Under the pieces are notes generated by a model, which was given only the letters and a program-made list of their open reading frames with translations, ran no database searches and had not been told where the DNA came from. Made by a program: the position numbers and the translations under genes. From contig OZ374558.1 of assembly GCA_977862235.1 (NCBI GenBank), positions 3,534,001 to 3,554,860 on the forward strand: 20,860 bases of DNA, in the 5' to 3' direction. Shown piece by piece: positions 19,508 through 20,860 of the stretch; positions within the stretch are counted from its first letter, which is position 1, and the number at the start of each line of letters is the position of its first letter. This DNA is from Dudresnaya verticillata (Eukaryota).

Positions 19508-20860
19508 GGGTTTTAGGGGTTTAGGGGTTTTAGGGGTTTAGGGGTTTAGGGGTTTAGGGGTTTAGGGGTTTTAGGGGTTTTAGGGCTTTTAGGGGTTTAG
19601 GGGTTTAGGGGTTTAGGGGTTTAGGGGTTTTAGGGGTTTAGGGGTTTAGGGGTTTAGGGGTTTTAGGGGTTTAGGGGTTTTAGGGGTTTTAGGGGGTTTA
19701 GGGGTTTAGGGGTTTAGGGGGTTTAGGGGTTTAGGGGTTTAGGGGTTTAGGGGTTTAGGGGTTTAGGGGTTTTAGGGGTTTAGGGGTTTAGGGGTTTAGG
19801 GGTTTAGGGGTTTTAGGGGTTTAGGGGTTTAGGGGTTTAGGGGTTTAGGGGTTTAGGGGTTTAGGGGTTTAGGGGTTTAGGGGTTTTAGGGGTTTAGGGG
19901 TTTAGGGGTTTAGGGGTTTAGGGGTTTTAGGGGTTTTAGGGGTTTAGGGGTTTAGGGGTTTAGGGGTTTAGGGGTTTAGGGGTTTAGGGGTTTAGGGGTT
20001 TAGGGGTTTAGGGGTTTAGGGGTTTAGGGGTTTAGGGGTTTAGGGGTTTAGGGGTTTAGGGGTTTAGGGGTTTAGGGGTTTAGGGGTTTAGGGGTTTAGG
20101 GGTTTAGGGGTTTAGGGGTTTAGGGGTTTAGGGGTTTAGGGGTTTAGGGGTTTAGGGGTTTAGGGGTTTAGGGGTTTAGGGGTTTAGGGGTTTAGGGGTT
20201 TAGGGGTTTAGGGGTTTAGGGGTTTAGGGGTTTAGGGGTTTAGGGGTTTAGGGGTTTAGGGGTTTAGGGGTTTAGGGGTTTAGGGGTTTAGGGGTTTAGG
20301 GGTTTAGGGGTTTAGGGGTTTAGGGGTTTAGGGGTTTAGGGGTTTAGGGGTTTAGGGGTTTAGGGGTTTAGGGGTTTAGGGGTTTAGGGGTTTAGGGGTT
20401 TAGGGGTTTAGGGGTTTAGGGGTTTAGGGGTTTAGGGGTTTAGGGGTTTAGGGGTTTAGGGGTTTAGGGGTTTAGGGGTTTAGGGGTTTAGGGGTTTAGG
20501 GGTTTAGGGGTTTAGGGGTTTAGGGGTTTAGGGGTTTAGGGGTTTAGGGGTTTAGGGGTTTAGGGGTTTAGGGGTTTAGGGGTTTAGGGGTTTAGGGGTT
20601 TAGGGGTTTAGGGGTTTAGGGGTTTAGGGGTTTAGGGGTTTAGGGGTTTAGGGGTTTAGGGGTTTAGGGGTTTAGGGGTTTAGGGGTTTAGGGGTTTAGG
20701 GGTTTAGGGGTTTAGGGGTTTAGGGGTTTAGGGGTTTAGGGGTTTAGGGGTTTAGGGGTTTAGGGGTTTAGGGGTTTAGGGGTTTAGGGGTTTAGGGGTT
20801 TAGGGGTTTAGGGGTTTAGGGGTTTAGGGGTTTAGGGGTTTAGGGGTTTAGGGGTTTAGG
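19508..20860 (+). repeat. Telomere, (TTTAGGGG)n, about 165-170 units, G-rich strand running to the window end
   Basis: Read directly. Variant units (TTTTAGGGG, G5, one GGGC) are confined to 19508-19941, and the array is homogeneous distally. Confidence 0.98.

Overview
This is the right-hand end of a eukaryotic chromosome, with about 19.5 kb of subtelomere followed by about 1.35 kb of (TTTAGGGG)n telomere. All recognisable genes lie on the + strand, point toward the telomere and show no obvious introns. In order they are: a decayed EF-hand gene, a papain/USP-like Cys-His-Asp protease ORF, a 398-aa orphan ORF, a Sel1-repeat protein, a very large telomere-linked RecQ helicase (TLH-like) gene and a truncated ASNSD1-like pseudogene. 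The TLH-like protein carries a tyrosine-recombinase-like catalytic set upstream of its helicase (R657, K692, R787, H839, Y848, with canonical H-x8-Y spacing). About 17 full or partial copies of a 34-bp palindrome surround it and sit inside it (CCGGATAGCACCG-TAnnnnTA-CGGTGCTATCCGG). This 13+8+13 layout is that of loxP/FRT sites. Together these suggest a subtelomeric recombinase-helicase system with its own target sites. A single in-frame TAG splits the helicase Zn-binding region from its C-terminus. All family assignments come from motif recognition by eye, not database searches, and the host organism cannot be identified with confidence.
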